64,000 bases of DNA, from the NCBI GenBank assembly GCA_001179505.1, contig CDMY01000305.1, positions 372,001-436,000 of the forward strand, written 5' to 3'. Each line of letters starts with the position of its first letter. The first letter of the stretch is position 1. Shown here piece after piece: positions 59,635 through 64,000 of the stretch. The notes beneath the pieces are model-generated. The model saw nothing but the letters and a program-made list of their open reading frames with translations, did not search any database and had not been told where the DNA came from. Origin of the DNA: Vitrella brassicaformis CCMP3155. Lineage: Eukaryota > Protista > Chromerida. Made by a program: the position numbers and the translations under genes.

Positions 59635-60977
59635 TCAATCTATCCCTCCATATCGTATGGGCACCTCCTTCTCACTGCATGCGGCGTCGATGCCGCTCTC
59701 TTTGGCATCCATCTCGCCCAGTATCCAATCGTGGATCAACCGCCGTGCCAGTGCGATCTTGCCTGGCAGATGGAAGCCAGTTGGTGCCTCGCCCGGACGG
59801 TCGAACACGTCAAACCGCTGCCTGCAAACAGACAAACACAACAGACAGCACCCACGGGCAGAGGACTCTGTGTGTGTGTGCGGCTCTGCCTCGAGGTGCG
59901 TGAATGCACTGGTAAGTTAAATACCTGATAAAGGACCTGTGAAACCACCGAACATCCTCCATCTCCTCCATGTCCACGTGCACAGAGGGCAGCCACACGT
60001 GGCCCTTGCCGGCAGCAGTGTAGTGGCCGCCGTATGACACGGCCGGGAGGCTGCCCCCCTCGACGATCGGCAGCTCACCCAGCTTTGCGTCAAGCGGGGA
60101 GGGACAGGGAGAGGGGGAGGGGGTGGGGGTGGGGGTGGGAGGGCTCTCATCGCCTGCTGGCTTTGCTGCCTCGACCTGGAAGCCGATCATGAGGCTGGCT
60201 GGGAAGAGCCACGGCTGGCTGGCGATGAATCGCAACGTCGAGAGATCCACCGACACGCCACTCTCCTCCATCACTTCCCGATGCACCTGTGGACCAACCG
60301 AAGAGTCAGCCACACACAACACACGCACACGCACACGCACACGCTTACAGACGTGGGTGTGGCTGCCTCTCGCTCGTCATTCATTCATCATACCGTCTCT
60401 TCTATGGATTCGCCCATCTCACAGAAGCCAGCCAAGGTGGAATATCGACCGCTGTTCCAGGCAGCTTTGCGGCCCAGAAGGGCATAGTCGCCACACGTTA
60501 CAAGCGTGATAATCGCTGGGTCTGACGCAACCACATACACATAACAAAACGAATCAGTCAGTCGCTGAGACCTCTACCCACCACTGTGCTGTGCAGGTGC
60601 AGCTCACCTTGTCTGGGATACTGTGTTATGCCGCATGATGTGCACTTGCGAGAGGTGCCGGCCTTCTGCGCCAGCATGCGGGCGCCGCAAGAGGAGCAGA
60701 ACACAGTGCTGCGGTGCCACGCGGCTATGCCCCGGCTGGTCGATAACAGAGAGGCCTCCTGCTCATCGCTCATCGCCAGAGATGCACTGCCAAGCACCAG
60801 CAGGAAATGAATGGGCCCGTGCGTGCAGCTCTGTGACTTTGCGTACCGTACCCTCTGAGGTTCTTCATGATCCACCCATCAGGCGGGACGAAGTCCTGCA
60901 GCCCACTCAGATCAAGCGCATAATACGGCTCCTTCTGCTGAGTCGTGCCGAGCAGGATCACGATCACCGCCTCCTGC

Positions 60978-61012
<35 letters not shown>

Positions 61013-61357
61013 GCCTCCCCCACCATGCTTCTCCAGTAACGCGGCGGCCTCCATGTTGGTCAGGATGAGAGCATTCAGCTGCCCCTTGCTCTCTCCCTGT
61101 GTGAAGGTGCTGTTGCCTTTGTGCACAGGGACGAACCGCGCACGTGAGTCAGCGAGCGCGTCAGCCAGCGAGATGTCAGGCGGGTTGAAGGGGCGGTCAA
61201 TGCCAGGGGCGGTGAAGTAGACTGGGCGCCACGGTGACGCGAGGGCCGTTGTCTGTGTGAATCGAGAGGAATGCGACGCTTGGCGGAAAGCGTTGGCGGA
61301 CATGATTGAGTGCACGTGCAGGAACAGCAGGGGATGCCGATTCCGCAAGAACAACAT
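59635..61357 (-). CDS. NADH pyrophosphatase / NAD-cap decapping Nudix hydrolase (NudC/NUDT12-13 family), transit-peptide-like N-terminus
   Basis: [29 protein letters not shown] zinc ribbon; REVMEESGV Nudix box; [17 protein letters not shown] (SQPWPFPxS signature). Confidence 0.92.
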
Positions 61358-61568
61358 GTAAGGCGCCCGCTGACGCCTGCGTCCTTGCCTTCGTCACCTA
61401 CATGACACAACAATGAATCACGCACAATAGATATGTTTGATGGGTCTGGTGCAAGATGCGATTGAAATTTTCATAGATCTCACCTGCAATTGTGCAGACA
61501 GGCCTTCCTCATCTTAGAACGGTTTTTCCAAAAGCGCGCAACGGTCAAACGGCAGGTCTGACGCAGCC

Positions 61569-64000
61569 ATGGCGATGCACCGGCGCATCGTGTGTGTCCT
61601 GAAAGGTGGGGACAAGACAGAGGACCTTACATCTGAAGAGCAGCACGAGTTGAAGCAACAGGCACTCGAACGAATCAAGAAGCAAAGAGAACAGCAGCAA
61701 CAACAGCAGCATCAGGAGGTAGACGCCAATGCAATGGAGGAGCGGCCCGACCAGGCGACAGCCGATGATCAGGGCATCGTCCCAGCGGGTGGGGCTCACG
61801 CACACACAACACATATCTGCCTGTCTGACACTAGTACGTGTGTTTCTGTCCCTCTCTCCCGTCTCCCTCCTGCAGAGTTTGAGGTGCCTCCGATGGAAGC
61901 GCCAGACACGCGCCCTCCCCTCGCCTCCATTAACACGCAGGAGCCTCCCGCCGCCACACAGCCCACCAAGAAGCCACGCCGCGCGGCCCGCTCCAAGTCA
62001 CATGGGGCGAGGCTGGACCGACTGACAGTGCAGGAGCGGCTGGACGACACGCGGGAGCAGCGTGTGCTGGAGAGGTTCAAGCGGGCGAATGCCGATTGGC
62101 AGGGGCTGAGGGAACGGCTGGCGCAGAGGTCAGGGAGTGGGTGTTGTGTGTTGTATGAGTGGATGAGATGATTGAGCTGGATGAGCATCGATTGGACTGT
62201 CTGTTGCCTCATTTCATGGACATGCAGGCTGAATGTTGGCATCGAGGACTTGGCCGTCTCCCGGGCGGAGGAATATCGGGAGAAAATCGAGGTGACAAGA
62301 CGGAAACACATGCAGATCAGATCCACTTCACCACTCCTTCTTAGAATCACGACATCATGTCTCTCTCCATCTGTCCACCAGGTGCTCGAGTTGCTGGATG
62401 AGTCCATCCCGGTGGCAGACAAAGGTTGGCAGGCGCCGACGACCACAAGAGGCAGGCTTCTATTCGTCGATCTTGATGTCTCTTGTCTGTGGGTGCAGGG
62501 GGCTACAGCTGGTTCATGTCGCTGCGCAACAATGACTCACAGCTCATCAACGTGGGCAACCGCTTCTCGGGCCTCACGCTCGAGATCAAGAAGGAGTGGA
62601 GCAAAGTCAAGGAGCTCATCAGAAAACCATGGCAAGCACACGTAAACGGTGTGAGACACAGAAGAGGCGTCTCGTTTTCTACAGGTTGACGGAGCTGCAC
62701 ACATTGCGCAAGGCGTCCTCCCACCACCCGCCGCCGCTCACGCCCCTCTCCTACACGGCGGCCAAGTGGATTAACTTCGAGAAGACCGGCCGCACCTCGC
62801 CAACTGATGCTGCCAGCTCCCACCATGGGATTGCGGGGCCAAAAGTGCAGATCAAGACGTGGAGGGAAAACAGATACCTCGTCGAGCGGTGCGGGCATTA
62901 TTCGTGACGACAGATCAGACGGACCCTCCAGAGTCTGCTCGTGTGTGAGTGGATGCGTGCCGTGCAGGCTGGCCAAGTACGGCAGGAGGATGGAGAAGCT
63001 GTCTCCAGCAGCTGTGGCCGTCGATGACCACCTCACAGTAAGACTCTCCATGCACATACAAACATAAACAGACAGACGCACCTCTTTCTCCGCCTCTTCA
63101 CGTCTCAGCTGTATGGAGTGGGTCTGAACCCGATAGCAGAGGAGGGTGTCGGTGAGGGTGTGGGGAGTGAGTACCCGCAGAACGGCGAGGGCAGCCCCAT
63201 GACGCCATCACGCATGTCAAGACACTTCGAGGAAGAAATCGGTAAGCCGGCCGCCATCTCACCGACCGTTGGATCAGTGCTGCTGTGACTGATGTGCACA
63301 GAGCGTGGAGAGATCGCTCTTAAGACCTACAGGTAGGTCGCGGGCACAGCAGCTGTCTGTATGCGCCTGTCTATGGCGTTGTGCAGGCCAGGCGGGACAG
63401 TGCGCGGCAGCCTGAGCCAGCCAGAAGAGCTGGTAAAGGGGCCCAACATCCAGACATTCCCGCAAAAGGTCAGCGAGACACAGAGAGATGCACGCTCATA
63501 CGTGCCATCCATCCATCCATCCATCCATGTGTCTGCAGTTGTTGTTTGACACGCGGATCGGCAAGACGACCACCCAGACTGTTCGCCTGCGCAACACGGG
63601 CACATGTGTGCTCTTCTATGAGTGGATACTTCTCCCACACACGGTAGCTTTCTTCCAGAGCAACCATCCCTTCCCACATACACACACACACACACACAGG
63701 CATCCACCAATTGCACCGCATGAATGTCTGGCTGGCGGTGTCTTTCTCGCTGCTCTTAACGTACAGCGGTCGGTAGAGGTGGCGGATGGTGTGTTGCCAG
63801 CTCCTCCAGTGGAGCCACAGCGCTTCTTCTGTCACCACGTGAGCACCTGGCTTACACACATGAGTACGTCCCATTGCATGCCCTGTGTGTATTGGTTGCA
63901 GCCGAAAGGCTCTCTATTGCCTGGTTGTGACGTGGCGACCTACTTCGCCTTCCGATCAGAGCTGCCGGGCATGTTCCAGGAGACATACGTCCTCCGCACA
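61569..64000 (+). CDS. MYCBPAP-like ciliary protein, 5' part (continues beyond window)
   Basis: REQRVLERF..LAVSRAEEYREKIE..GYSWFMSLR; ASH/MSP-like TVRLRNTGTCVLFYEW; GSLLPG..FAFRSELPGMFQETYVLRT. Family comparison from memory. Confidence 0.6.

Noticed and set aside
1-64000. Most ORF-track entries rich in CVCV, THTH, DGWM or RERE
   Set aside because: They are translations of intronic (GT)n, (CA)n, (GGAT)n and (GA)n repeats or antisense frames of GC-rich exons.
1-64000. tRNA, rRNA or snRNA genes
   Set aside because: No cloverleaf or conserved RNA motifs recognised by eye; tRNAscan-SE and Infernal were not run.

Overview
Intron-rich, GC-rich eukaryotic nuclear DNA. The style fits a chromerid alveolate such as Vitrella brassicaformis (inference from short microsatellite-filled introns, the ankyrin family and a POP-type organellar polymerase). 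About 20 spliced genes can be assembled by eye: mitochondrial uL4, a CEP70-like protein, a flavodoxin-fold quinone reductase, an ankyrin protein, DGAT2, a divergent kinase, organellar DNA polymerase POP, a membrane RING E3, TMEM254, a cold-shock protein, GDT1/TMEM165, RCC1, a large J-domain protein, two BTB copies, NudC and a MYCBPAP-like protein. There is also a non-LTR retroelement relic and two 300-N gaps. The most unusual observations are: (1) a true RCC1 orthologue with an N-terminal RanBP2 zinc finger and FG motifs, an RRM inserted in the propeller, and a histone-H1-like Lys/Ala C-tail; (2) copies of that RCC1 3' end about 40 kb upstream, one spliced in frame to a linker-histone H1 globular domain through an apparently new chimeric intron; (3) many introns whose two ends carry complementary microsatellites (CA/TG, GA/TC, GACA/TGTC), suggesting intron-bridging hairpins; (4) a candidate promoter octamer AGCTCGCA near start codons; (5) signal-peptide-bearing BTB duplicates with a mosaic core and in-frame stops. 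All gene models are manual and need RNA-seq and HMM confirmation.
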